From NCBI GenBank assembly GCA_964412585.1, contig CAYPPJ010000002.1, positions 77,720 through 141,719 of the forward strand: DNA of 64,000 nucleotides, written 5' to 3'. This document shows, piece by piece, positions 18,569-28,219 of the stretch. Below the pieces are notes generated by a model, which saw only the letters and a program-made list of their open reading frames with translations, had not been told where the DNA came from and did no database searches. A program made the translations under genes and the position numbers. Numbering within the stretch: position 1 is the first letter of the stretch; each line of letters begins with the position of its first letter. Origin of the DNA: an uncultured Candidatus Saccharibacteria bacterium (GTDB lineage Bacteria > Patescibacteriota > Minisyncoccia > Phycocordibacterales > PALSA-1337).

Positions 18569-20551
18569 TTACATCAAGAACGCAACGATAAGCAGTGCCA
18601 CAATGTTCAAGATCTTGATCATTGGGTTGATAGCGGGACCTGCGGTGTCCTTGTATGGGTCACCAACAGTGTCGCCAGTAACAGCTGCCTTGTGAGCATC
18701 TGAACCCTTGCCTCCATGATTGCCTTGTTCGATATGCTTCTTTGCGTTGTCCCATGCACCACCACCTGATGTCATTGAGATGGCCACGAAGAGACCGGTG
18801 ATGATTGAGCCAACAAGGAGACCGCCGAGAGCAACTGGACCGAGGATGAATCCAACGAGGATAGGAGCGAGAACAGGGATGAGAGCAGGGATAATCATTT
18901 CCTTGATAGCTGCTGAGGTGACGATATCGACACAGCGAGCGTAATCAGGCTTTGCAGTACCTTGCATGATACCCTTGATCTCGCGGAACTGGCGGCGAAC
19001 CTCATCAACAACTTTTCCTGCTGCCTTGCCCACAGCTTCCATTGAAAGAGCTGCAAAGTAGTATGGAAGAAGTCCTCCAATAAAGAGACCGACAATGACC
19101 TTCGGATCACTCAAGCTAAATGAAAGTCCTGGGACAGAGTGGGTATATTCTGCAAAGAGAACGAGAGCGGCAAGACCTGCTGAACCGATAGCGTAGCCCT
19201 TGGTAACAGCCTTGGTTGTGTTGCCAACTGCATCCAACGGATCGGTGACGTCGCGAACTTCCTGTGGCAATTCTGCCATTTCTGCGATACCGCCAGCGTT
19301 GTCAGTAATAGGACCATAGGCATCGATTGCGACAATGATACCTGCCATAGAGAGCATAGACATAGCGGCGACTGCAATACCATAGAGGCCTGCAAAGTAA
19401 TATGCGGCGAGGATACCAGCGACGATGGTGATCAAAGGCCATGCGGTTGATTTCATCGAGATCGCTAGACCTTGGATGATGTTTGTTCCGTGGCCAGAGA
19501 CTGATGCCTGCGCAATAGATTTTACTGGGGCGTACTTGGTTGAAGTGTAATATTCAGTGATAACGACGAGGAGAGCGGTAACAATCAAACCAACGAGCGT
19601 ACAACCGAAGAGGTTTGCGACACTGTAAGTGCCATTTCCTGCCATGATCCACTTGGTGATCGGATAGAAGGCGATAGCGGCGAGAATACCTGCTACGGTA
19701 AGACCTTTATACATTGCACCCATAATATTCTGTGACTTGCCCATGCGTACGAACCAGGTGCCAATGATGCTTGCGATGATCGCAATACCACCGAGAGCGA
19801 TAGGGTACATGAGAGCACCATCAAAGCCCTTGAAGAGTGATGCGCCGAGCATCATAGCCGCAATCGTAGTAACGGCATATGTTTCAAAGAGGTCAGCGGC
19901 CATACCTGCACAGTCACCGACGTTATCTCCGACGTTGTCAGCGATAACTCCCGGGTTTCGTGGATCATCTTCAGGAATGCCTGCTTCAACTTTGCCCACG
20001 AGGTCAGTACCGACGTCAGCTGCTTTGGTGAAAATACCACCACCGAGACGAGCAAAGACTGAAATAAGAGATGCGCCGAATGCGAGACCGATAAGTGATG
20101 GAACGTCCTTGGTGATGGCGTAGAAGACGGTCACACCGAGGAGGGCGAGACCGACAACGAAGAGACCAGTCACTGCTCCACCATTGAAGGCGAGAGAGAG
20201 CGCAGCACCGAGACCCTTGCGAGCTGCTTCGGTCGTGCGGATGTTTGAGCGTACCGACACATTCATGCCGATATAACCTGCGAGAGCAGAGAGAACTGCT
20301 CCAACAATGAATCCGATAGCGATGGTAATGCCCAGAGTGAGCCAGAGGACAATGAAGAGGACAACAGCGATGAGAGTGATCGTCTTGTATTGTCTGTTCA
20401 AGTAGGCTTTTGCACCGGCCTGGATGGCGGCTGCAATCTCCTTCATGCGGTCGTTGCCAGTGGGTTTCTTCATGATCGAAGAGATCAAGAATGCGCCGTA
20501 GACGAGAGCGATGATGGAACTGATAAGGGCGAACCAAATATAGGTATTCAT
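18569..20551 (-). CDS. hppA: membrane-bound proton-translocating pyrophosphatase (H+-PPase)
   Basis: 660-aa polytopic protein with [20 protein letters not shown]..., [21 protein letters not shown] and the C-terminal [21 protein letters not shown] signature motifs. Confidence 0.9.
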   Translation of the reverse strand: MNTYIWFALISSIIALVYGAFLISSIMKKPTGNDRMKEIAAAIQAGAKAYLNRQYKTITLIAVVLFIVLWLTLGITIAIGFIVGAVLSALAGYIGMNVSVRSNIRTTEAARKGLGAALSLAFNGGAVTGLFVVGLALLGVTVFYAITKDVPSLIGLAFGASLISVFARLGGGIFTKAADVGTDLVGKVEAGIPEDDPRNPGVIADNVGDNVGDCAGMAADLFETYAVTTIAAMMLGASLFKGFDGALMYPIALGGIAIIASIIGTWFVRMGKSQNIMGAMYKGLTVAGILAAIAFYPITKWIMAGNGTYSVANLFGCTLVGLIVTALLVVITEYYTSTKYAPVKSIAQASVSGHGTNIIQGLAISMKSTAWPLITIVAGILAAYYFAGLYGIAVAAMSMLSMAGIIVAIDAYGPITDNAGGIAEMAELPQEVRDVTDPLDAVGNTTKAVTKGYAIGSAGLAALVLFAEYTHSVPGLSFSLSDPKVIVGLFIGGLLPYYFAALSMEAVGKAAGKVVDEVRRQFREIKGIMQGTAKPDYARCVDIVTSAAIKEMIIPALIPVLAPILVGFILGPVALGGLLVGSIITGLFVAISMTSGGGAWDNAKKHIEQGNHGGKGSDAHKAAVTGDTVGDPYKDTAGPAINPMIKILNIVALLIVAFLM

Positions 20552-20646
20552 AATGAGTACGTTACGAAGGGTTTTTAATAATTTTTACTCTAACAAAAGC
20601 CGTATGACTATAGTAGAAAATTGGCGAATATGCAAGAAATTTGGGC

Positions 20647-21474
20647 TTACTTTTGATTCGTCCGAACCTGCTTTATCAGTCTATTATGATCAATCTTTCT
20701 ATTACTTACTTTCACAAACTCGAACATATCGCGTAGGAAGAGCATGATTTCTTTGTTGGTAATCTCAATAGCAACCTCTTCACGCCAGTTCACGATGAGC
20801 GCCGTATCTTTAAAAAGCCATATCTCGGCGTCATGATCAAAGAATTGGTCGGGAAAAGTGGTGTAGTCTGCCATACGACCTTCTAGACTCTCGACAGCCG
20901 CTGCATTTTTCTTGAAATCACTTTTTATTTCTTCTCTATATTGCGCATAAGCACTTTCATTCAGGATTCCATCGATAATAAGCCGGTTTTTGATAACTGT
21001 TTTATTAAATTCAACCAATTGCGCCTGCGAAATCTTTTCCAACATGGCATTCCAGGAGCGGTGGTGTTGAATGGCTTTAATGCGCTGGTTCTTATTTTCC
21101 TTAACAACACGCAAATATGCGGGGATGACTTCCTCTTTGCCTACATGAATAATAAATTCGTTTTCTTTCGAGGTACGGATACGGACGCCGCGCTTTTCTT
21201 TGGCTGACATGCGGATGTCGCCAATCACCCGTTCAAATTTTTGCGCGAGCCTATCTCCACTTACGGCAATATAGTTTCTACGCCTCTTGATCTGAATAGG
21301 GGATACCAGACCTTTCTTGGTCAATTTTTCCAAACAGTAAGTAACTCCCGTACGCGATACTCCACTGTCGCGGGTAATGTCGCGTACATTTTTCTCCGTT
21401 GAAAGTACGTTGAGCACGCTGGTTTCTACGGAATTCAGCCCGAGTATTTTCATTGAGTCTTGAGACCAATTCAT
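20647..21474 (-). CDS. TrmB-family HTH transcriptional regulator (paralog 5)
   Basis: ...LNVLSTEKNVRDITRDSGVSRTGVTYCLEKLTKKGLVSP helix-turn-helix; divergent from the binding-protein gene at 21616. Confidence 0.55.
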   Translation of the reverse strand: MNWSQDSMKILGLNSVETSVLNVLSTEKNVRDITRDSGVSRTGVTYCLEKLTKKGLVSPIQIKRRRNYIAVSGDRLAQKFERVIGDIRMSAKEKRGVRIRTSKENEFIIHVGKEEVIPAYLRVVKENKNQRIKAIQHHRSWNAMLEKISQAQLVEFNKTVIKNRLIIDGILNESAYAQYREEIKSDFKKNAAAVESLEGRMADYTTFPDQFFDHDAEIWLFKDTALIVNWREEVAIEITNKEIMLFLRDMFEFVKVSNRKIDHNRLIKQVRTNQK

Positions 21475-21615
21475 GCCATTATCATAGTAAATAACTAATT
21501 TTTAGTCAAATCAATAATACAAAAAATGCCTTAAAATAAGGGTATTATACTAATTTTGCATCCAAAATCGATATTTATATACAACAGATTATTAAACATG
21601 TAAAATATATGCATT

Positions 21616-22722
21616 ATGAATAAATATATAAAAATAGGTATTGGTATCGTGGTTATAGTAGTTGTGATTATTATTGGTGTTACGAATGAAAGTTCACAAA
21701 AAAAGTCAGGTTCGCTCAAGATAGGGGTGATTTCTTCGCTGACTGGTGATTATGGCGCAATCGGAGAAAATACAGTAAAGGGTATTAAAGTCGCGCAGCG
21801 TGTATATGAGAAAAAGACGGGCACAAAAGTGGAGCTTGTTATCGAAGATGATGGAGGTGATGGTGTAAAAGGTCTTTCTGCCTTTAGCAAGCTTACGCAG
21901 GTCAACCATGTCGATGGCATGATTAATTTCTTTACTACGACGATGGACTCGATCTACGCACCAGCAAAGACTCAAGGGTATCCAGTGATGATGGTGGCAT
22001 TTCAGGCGAATAACGTAGCTGACGACTTCGTCTTTCAGATGACGCCAAGTAATGATGATGTCTGGCCAAAGTTTGTAAAGCTTGTGAAGAATGGTGACTA
22101 TGACTTGAGTAATGTCGCACTCGTGTATTCCAAGGCGGCAGCACAAGAATCATTTGTCAAATCATTTGCCTTGAATTATGCAGGCAAAGCTACTCAGTTC
22201 GGTATTTCTTCAGGACAGAATGATTTCCGTTCTGATGCTGCGAAGATTGCCGCATTCAAACCAACGACGGTTGTCTTCTTCATGACGCCGGATGATGGGG
22301 CGCTTCTCACCAAGACGTTGGTACCAATGTTAAGCAAGTCGACAAAGCTTATCTACGACATTCAGTTAGTGACGGGTACCGCGAATTATAAAAAGATTCT
22401 CGGAGGTTTCTCATCTATCGAGGGTGCCATGACCTTGAGTCCAGAAGGTGAGCGTAGTCAGGATTTCATTGACGCATATCATGAGCTTTATCCAAATGAA
22501 GAACCAGGATTTCTTGCGGATTTCGGTTACGACACATTCATGGTCTACATGGAGTCGTATGACGAAGATAATGCAACTTGGATCTCGAACCTTCGCTCGT
22601 ACACCGGAAAAGGCCCGAGCGGACAGATAAAGTTCAACGATAAGGGTATTCGAGCCCCTGATATGGTGGTTAAGAAGGTGGTTGGCGGGGAATTGCAGAC
22701 GACGGCGAGATTGGAGTTCTAA
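21616..22722 (+). CDS. type-1 periplasmic binding protein (LivJ-like), membrane-anchored, with no transporter partner
   Basis: MNKYIKIGIGIVVIVVVIIIGV anchor, then SLKIGVISSLTGDYGAIGENTVKGIKVAQRVYEKKTGTKVELVIEDDGGD. Confidence 0.65.
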   Translation: MNKYIKIGIGIVVIVVVIIIGVTNESSQKKSGSLKIGVISSLTGDYGAIGENTVKGIKVAQRVYEKKTGTKVELVIEDDGGDGVKGLSAFSKLTQVNHVDGMINFFTTTMDSIYAPAKTQGYPVMMVAFQANNVADDFVFQMTPSNDDVWPKFVKLVKNGDYDLSNVALVYSKAAAQESFVKSFALNYAGKATQFGISSGQNDFRSDAAKIAAFKPTTVVFFMTPDDGALLTKTLVPMLSKSTKLIYDIQLVTGTANYKKILGGFSSIEGAMTLSPEGERSQDFIDAYHELYPNEEPGFLADFGYDTFMVYMESYDEDNATWISNLRSYTGKGPSGQIKFNDKGIRAPDMVVKKVVGGELQTTARLEF

Positions 22723-22869
22723 AAGGAACGATAATAATAAACCCTGCGTATAGACGTGGGGTTTATTATTGTTCGATAGATTGCCAAAACAAAATAAATG
22801 TGCTAAAAATATTTTGGAGAAAGTACTGTTGTATTTCCACAACGTCCCCCTATAAGAGATGATAGAAGG

Positions 22870-22890
22870 CTGCATTCGATGCAGTTTTTT
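22870..22890 (+). terminator. rho-independent terminator
   Basis: CTGCAT-tcg-ATGCAG followed by T6. Confidence 0.5.
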
Positions 22891-22949
22891 ATGTCCACGT
22901 TGAAAAATAAACAGATGTACGCTTGCGTACATTTTGTACCTGACACAAC

Positions 22950-24569
22950 ATGAAGACACGATCCATACGGAAACTTGTTACCCTGATGTCGCTCACTTTG
23001 GTGAGTGCGGCGGCATGGGGTGGAATATCAGTCAACCAGAATACGACTATCGGTGAGGCCGTCCCGGCATCGCCGAAGACGTTCAGTCTGATGAGTCTCA
23101 AGTCGGGTGGGGGAGGTGGCATGAAACCATCCAACCTTATCCTGATTACGAATGCCGCCACGCTGAGTGGTCGCCAAGAAAGCGCGCTCGTCTATGATCG
23201 CTACGGCAATGCCTACGGGGCGACTCGCTCGGGCGGTAATTACGGCTTGGGGTTGGTGTACAAGATTGACCCCAGTAATGTCGTAACGACCTTGCGGTCA
23301 CTGCCATCTACGAACACGTCGGGCGAGGGTTATTGGGCTTTCGGCGGCGTGATCTTAATCAACGATGACACCCTCATGGGAACGACCATCGCTGGCAGCT
23401 CGAATAATCTCGGCTGCATGTACACCATCAAGACCTCCGGGTCGGGTTACAAGGAGGTCATGGCCTACAACGGCACCAATGGTGCCAGTCCAAATGACCG
23501 CCTGCTATTTGACGGTCACCAGACTGTCTATAGCACCACCATCCAAGGTGGCGAAGCGGGTGACTATGGAACTGTTGCATCGCACTCAACCAACGGTGTC
23601 GCGAATTGGATCTACAAGCTCCATGGCACCAATGGCAGCCATCCCTATGGTGGACTGATATTCAATGCCGACCGTTCGCGTCTCGTCGGTACTACGGCGA
23701 TTGGTGGAGCAAACGGTTATGGCGTCGTATTCGATATTAGCACCAACGGCACTGATTATCGTGTGCTTTACAACTTGGTCGGTGGTAATGGCGGACAAGG
23801 TCCTGAAAACGCACTGGTCTTGGGCATTGACGGACGGTATTACGGAAGTACATCCGGTACCAATAGCTACATGTTGGGCGGACTCTTCACCATCAGTGCT
23901 GACGGAAGTGGATTTAGTCTCTTCTACAAGTATTCGACTGCCATGGGCGCCCTGTGGGCATTCCCGCAAGAACCCTTGCGCACGAGAAATGGTGATTTCC
24001 TAGTCCCTTCGTACCACGGAGGGATCTACCATACCGGTAATGTGGTGCGGTTTACCACATCACTCGACGTGAATACCGTTGTTGACTTCGATGGGACCAA
24101 TGGCGGTTCAACAACTACGTTGGTGCTCAATCTGTTCAAAGGGACCTATGATGGCGTTCGTCGCCAGCTTGGTTCGCCCGCGATTTACCGCAAGGTCGAG
24201 CTTTCCATTCCAGAAATGACGCAGGTCAGGCAGATTGAGAATTCGCCGAGCAATAACATCATTGCATTTGACTCGGCGGCAGGGCAGACCTATACGCCCC
24301 TGTCTGGTCCAATGCCTGGCATTTCGCTTACCAACCTTGCAACGGTTACTGCAACATCCGCAGTTACCTCCATCACAAATGTTGGGCCACTAGTTGGCGA
24401 TGCGGGCTTCAGGATAATAACCGACTTCACCAACACGCCTGCAGGCTTTAATACGGCCATGGCCAAGGGTGTCTATCTGCCACCGCTTCGACTGGTTAGT
24501 TATTTTCCACCAGTGCCACATTGCACCAATTGCCCGGCGGACACAAATCCGCCACCTGGATTCCCGTGA
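22950..24569 (+). CDS. secreted repeat protein with GloVer-like tandem repeats (choice-of-anchor type) on a GC-rich island
   Basis: Signal peptide MKTRSIRKLVTLMSLTLVSAAAWG. Repeats follow the pattern GxxPxxGLIxxxxxxLYGTTxxGGxxGxGxVFxIxxxGxxYxVL, for example GGANGYGVVFDISTNGTDYRVLYNL and LGGLFTISADGSGFSLFYKYS. Confidence 0.5.
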   Translation: MKTRSIRKLVTLMSLTLVSAAAWGGISVNQNTTIGEAVPASPKTFSLMSLKSGGGGGMKPSNLILITNAATLSGRQESALVYDRYGNAYGATRSGGNYGLGLVYKIDPSNVVTTLRSLPSTNTSGEGYWAFGGVILINDDTLMGTTIAGSSNNLGCMYTIKTSGSGYKEVMAYNGTNGASPNDRLLFDGHQTVYSTTIQGGEAGDYGTVASHSTNGVANWIYKLHGTNGSHPYGGLIFNADRSRLVGTTAIGGANGYGVVFDISTNGTDYRVLYNLVGGNGGQGPENALVLGIDGRYYGSTSGTNSYMLGGLFTISADGSGFSLFYKYSTAMGALWAFPQEPLRTRNGDFLVPSYHGGIYHTGNVVRFTTSLDVNTVVDFDGTNGGSTTTLVLNLFKGTYDGVRRQLGSPAIYRKVELSIPEMTQVRQIENSPSNNIIAFDSAAGQTYTPLSGPMPGISLTNLATVTATSAVTSITNVGPLVGDAGFRIITDFTNTPAGFNTAMAKGVYLPPLRLVSYFPPVPHCTNCPADTNPPPGFP

Positions 24570-24598
24570 CCCAGTAATCCTTTGTTCTTTTTGACCCA

Positions 24599-24628
24599 CC
24601 CAGCGACACTCGCGTCGCTGGGCTTTTT
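24599..24628 (+). terminator. terminator after the repeat-protein gene
   Basis: CCCAGCGAC-actcgc-GTCGCTGGG followed by CTTTTT. Confidence 0.6.
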
Positions 24629-24643
24629 ATTATCTGTATATAC

Positions 24644-24673
24644 TTGACAATATGATATAAGACATGGTATAAT
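24644..24673 (+). promoter_or_regulatory. consensus-like promoter TTGACA-N18-TATAAT for gene 24734
   Basis: TTGACA at 24644-24649 and TATAAT at 24668-24673. Confidence 0.55.
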
Positions 24674-24733
24674 ATACAGGTAACATACCGTGGTCAACAT
24701 TGGTTCCTCTCTCGACAGAAAGTTGAGAAAACC

Positions 24734-25213
24734 ATGAAAACAGTATGTATGCTCGTTGCAATCGCAGCGATGTCCGTCACATCAGTGTTCGCCACGACGC
24801 CGACTCGTCCTCGTGTGGAGGCAGTCCGTCCCGCGTCAAAAACGCCCTCGTATGGCCCCTTAGTGGCCGCCCTCATAGAAAAGGAATCGAGTGGAAGAGA
24901 TTATGCGCTTGGCGATACAAACCTGACCCAGTGGGCCTACGGGCCTCTGCAGATCCGAGAGGATTGTGTCAGGGATGTGAACGAAAGATTCGGTACTCGC
25001 TACACGTCGAAGGACATGTATGGTAACCGAGCCCTGTCCGTGTGGGTGTGCCAGAAATATCTGGAACGCTTTGCAACACGGAAATTACTAGGGCACGAGC
25101 CGACCGACGAAGATCGGGCTCGTATCTGGAATGGAGGTCCCTCCGGATGGAAAAAGAAAAGCACCATCGGATATTGGACCAAAGTTCAAAAAATAATGAC
25201 AAAGTACAAGTAG
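24734..25213 (+). CDS. secreted SLT-domain (family-1 lytic transglycosylase / lysozyme-like) protein
   Basis: Signal peptide, then LIEKESSGRDYALGDTNLTQWAYGPLQIRED, which fits the ES...G(L/P)xQ(I) catalytic motif of soluble lytic transglycosylases. Confidence 0.5.
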   Translation: MKTVCMLVAIAAMSVTSVFATTPTRPRVEAVRPASKTPSYGPLVAALIEKESSGRDYALGDTNLTQWAYGPLQIREDCVRDVNERFGTRYTSKDMYGNRALSVWVCQKYLERFATRKLLGHEPTDEDRARIWNGGPSGWKKKSTIGYWTKVQKIMTKYK

Positions 25214-25328
25214 TCTTAGCGCCGTCCCTGGGAAACCTCGGACGGCGCAATCATTATATTACGGCTCCGTTCACTTCGTTCACGGGTTGCTTTCACTTTT
25301 TCCAAATTAGCGGTATAGTTTCTGTATC

Positions 25329-25550
25329 ATGTCGAATCTGGACCAACAATTTCTTATCTTTCTTGGTAAAAATATTCGCAAACTTCGTGAGCGCAAGAAT
25401 ATTTCGCAGGAACAGTTTGGCACAATGGTTGGCGTACATCGCACGTATGTCGGTATGGTTGAGAGAGGGGAGAAAAACGTCACTATTTTTAGTTTAAGAA
25501 AATTTGCTGAGGCGCTCAATGTGAAGGTGAAGGATTTGATCGATTTTTAG
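25329..25550 (+). CDS. XRE-family (Cro/C1-type) HTH transcriptional regulator
   Basis: LRERKNISQEQFGTMVGVHRTYVGMVERGEKNVTIFSLRKFAEALNV is a classic XRE helix-turn-helix. Confidence 0.75.
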   Translation: MSNLDQQFLIFLGKNIRKLRERKNISQEQFGTMVGVHRTYVGMVERGEKNVTIFSLRKFAEALNVKVKDLIDF

Positions 25551-25689
25551 GCGAGTATATTATTCAGAGACGATCGAACGCTATTTATAGTTATCCCCAC
25601 CTTGCCTAGAAAATGGGCTTGTTTTATTTTTTGTATATCTGTATGCTACTCACAGTTAGCGCTAACTATAGTATTCTATACCCATAGGT

Positions 25690-26012
25690 AGCGCATAAAG
25701 AGAAAGGTTGTCATATGCCAGAAGGCACATGTGAAGGTGATGGTCAGGTCCGGTCCCATAAAGCCGAAAAAAGGGAACCGCCAGACCGCCGATGATTTGC
25801 TTCAGTGAAGCAGAGCCGCTGGGTAGTCGATTCCCAGGGTTCGTTACAACCGCAATACAGTAGCTCCTTGATCCTATGAAGATTATTGAATGCTCAGGCA
25901 ATGGAGGCTCGAACAACACCAGTTCGAGTGGTACCCATGGCGAGTCCACTGGTAATGGTGGAAAGTAAGCCTGATCTGTGACAAGGGCGGCGAATAAAAA
26001 CGCCGCCCCCTT
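25690..26012 (+). ncRNA. candidate structured non-coding RNA of unresolved identity (contains GGUCAGGUCCGG, reminiscent of SRP RNA helix 8)
   Basis: About 320 nt with no credible ORF. Contains multiple strong local hairpins, the 12-mer GGTCAGGTCCGG at 25742-25753, and ACCGCCGATG. It ends in a GGCGGCG...CGCCGCC hairpin. Confidence 0.25.
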
Positions 26013-26034
26013 TAATATATAATGTGTAAACAAT

Positions 26035-26400
26035 ATGAAAAAAACTAATAAAAATAAATACTCTCTAGTTCGTGTTGTGTGGCGCGACTCAAATATGTAT
26101 CGATTTCAGGATTCGATTGAGTATGCGCTTGGCAATTACTCTGTTGAGGCAATAGTGACGGTCGGTTTTCTTCTTGGCTACAACAAGAAAGACCCGATTG
26201 TGACGCGTGAGATTATGAACAAGGGACTCGATCAGAGATGCTCGATTGTTATCCCAAAAGAAAATATTCTTAGTTTTACTAAAATAAAAGGCGACTACAG
26301 TGACCATTGGGAGTGGGCTGAAAAGCGAATGCCAGAGAATCCTGACAAATCATCGCCGAAAAATAAGGCCGCACTCAGCAAAAAAGAAAAACCCGAGTAG
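26035..26400 (+). CDS. hypothetical protein
   Basis: 121-aa ORF with no recognised motif; followed by a terminator. Confidence 0.4.
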   Translation: MKKTNKNKYSLVRVVWRDSNMYRFQDSIEYALGNYSVEAIVTVGFLLGYNKKDPIVTREIMNKGLDQRCSIVIPKENILSFTKIKGDYSDHWEWAEKRMPENPDKSSPKNKAALSKKEKPE

Positions 26401-26419
26401 ACCGGGTTTTTCTTTTTTT
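26390..26419. terminator. bidirectional terminator between 26035..26400 and nusA
   Basis: AACCCG-agtagac-CGGGTT followed by TTTCTTTTTTT. Confidence 0.6.
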
Positions 26420-26431
26420 CTGCGTATAGAT

Positions 26432-27621
26432 TTATTCTGCTTTCTTTTCCTCTGAAGCAGGAGCTTCAGTAGCCTCATCTTCATCACCATCAGCTTCGGC
26501 GAGATCTTCGCCACCTGTTGATTTGATATCAATTTTCCAACCAGTAAGCTTTGCAGCAAGACGAACGTTTTGTCCGCCCTTGCCGATAGCGAGAGACTGT
26601 TCGTCCTCGGTAACAGTGACGATGGCACGATGAGCTTTTTCATCAAGTTCGAGAGAGACGACCTCGGCAGGCGAGAGTGCCTCTTCAATAAAGAGAGCAG
26701 GGTCCTCATTCCATTCAACAATGTCAATTTTTTCTCCTGACAATTCGCTGGTAACGGTAGATACACGAACTCCACGCTGACCAACCATGGAACCGATCGG
26801 GTCAATGTGTGCGTCGTGGGAAACAACGGCAACTTTTGAACGTGAACCAGCCTCACGAGCGATAGCTTTGATCTCAACAGTTCCCGAAGCGATCTCCGGA
26901 GCCTCTGTCTCAAAGAGTTTTGCGAGGAATTTTGGATGTGCGCGTGACAGTTTCAAGACAATACCTTTTGGTGACTCTTCGACGGCGTAGAGATAGGCGC
27001 GAATACGATCGCCAGTTTTCCAGCGCTCGCTTGGAATCTGCTCTTCATAAGGAATGATACCGAGTGCGCGACCCATGTTGATGTGGACCATGCCACGTTC
27101 GACACGCTCGACGGTACCTGCGACAATCTCGCCTTCTTTGGCACCGTATTCACCCATAACTGAAACCTTCTCAGCTTCACGGATCTTTTGGATGATGATT
27201 TGCTTTGCGGTCTGCGCAGCAATGCGACCGAAATCCGCCTTGGTTTCGAGAGGGAAGACAAGCTCGTCACCAATCTCGGCGTTTTTCTTGATCTTCTTTG
27301 CATCTTCGATGAGCATGTGTTGCTCAGGGTTGAAGCGGATCTTGATGTCATCGACGTTGGCGTCTTTGAGGTCAATCTCTTCCTCCTCGTCACCTTCCAT
27401 GATGACTTGGTTGCGGTCAACGACGACTTTCACCTGCCAAAATTCGACGGCACCAGAGTTCTCATCGAATGATGCGCGGACGATCTGGCCTTTCTTGCCA
27501 TACTCTTTCTTGTAGGCAGTCGCGAGAGACATGGCGATAGCTTCCAAGGTCTTTTCCTTTGGAATACCGCGCTCTTCTTCGAGCTGCTGAACGACTGAAT
27601 TGATTACTTTGAGGTCAAACA
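26432..27621 (-). CDS. nusA: transcription termination/antitermination factor NusA
   Basis: Start placed at MFDLKVINSVVQQLEEERGIPKEKTLEAIAMSLATAYKK (NusA N-terminal domain); followed by S1 and KH regions (GEIVAGTVERVERGMVHINMG..., LAIGKGGQNVRLAAKLTGWKIDIKS) and an acidic tail. Confidence 0.85.
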
Positions 27622-27785
27622 TATATGTAGTTGTTATTCTGTTGTTATTAAATTGTATTTCTTCTAACAAATAAGTCCGCCGGTGGGCGAACTGATGACG
27701 AGAGTAAATATAGCATATGTAGGGGTATTTTGCAATACACGAGTTGACTATCTCTTTCAAGTAAGGTTAAATCCTACTAGAAACT

Positions 27786-28163
27786 ATGAAACCACACCCA
27801 GAACCCTTGATTTTGGTCGCGATGACTGCATTTTTGTTGATTGTCACAGCTCACTTTAAAAGGCAGTGCACTGCTTCTCCGCAAGTTGATCCGCTTACCA
27901 AGAAGATCAGGCTTGTCAGTTTTCTGTTGTCGGTCATGATCGCATTGGTGGGAATAACGATTGCTGGATTGCCTTACTTCGACGTTAGTGCTCGGTCGTT
28001 GGCTGCGACGATTGCCGTCATGATTCTTATCGCAAGCGCCTTGTTCGGCATCCAAGCGACTTTACATTCGTATCGTTCGCTCAGGTCCGCGGTACTGCCA
28101 AGCATTTTTTGTGTTTACGGAATTGTTTTGGCGTGGATGGCCTTACGACATCTGCCAGAGTGA
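27786..28163 (+). CDS. hypothetical integral membrane protein (four predicted TM helices)
   Basis: Judged from hydrophobicity pattern only. Confidence 0.4.
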   Translation: MKPHPEPLILVAMTAFLLIVTAHFKRQCTASPQVDPLTKKIRLVSFLLSVMIALVGITIAGLPYFDVSARSLAATIAVMILIASALFGIQATLHSYRSLRSAVLPSIFCVYGIVLAWMALRHLPE

Positions 28164-28190
28164 TATGGTGCGGCAGGAATGACGCAGGCA

Positions 28191-28219
28191 GGGCCCCCTA
28201 TAGGAGTGGGGCCTTTTTT
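28191..28219 (+). terminator. terminator; also overlaps the last codons of the regulator on the minus strand
   Basis: GGCCCC-ctataggagt-GGGGCC followed by T6. Confidence 0.55.

Noticed and set aside
18720-20578. Multiple ORFs on both strands inside hppA
   Set aside because: hppA is a 660-aa protein with canonical H+-PPase motifs; the others are shadow frames.
25690-26012. Calling this region definitively SRP RNA or RNase P RNA
   Set aside because: Only partial motif matches (GGUCAGGUCCGG; GTCCGG..CCATA; ACCGCCGATG). The canonical helix-8 GGAA tetraloop and an RNase P P4 3' strand are not evident, so identity is left open.
25662-26033. Minus-strand ORF of 123 aa
   Set aside because: Pro-rich and unprotein-like; its start lies inside a GC hairpin; the region is densely structured and better explained as an RNA element.
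26350-27515. ORFs 26350..26913, 26953..27420, 27054..27515 and 27188..27472
   Set aside because: They overlap nusA in other frames; the NusA translation is unambiguous.
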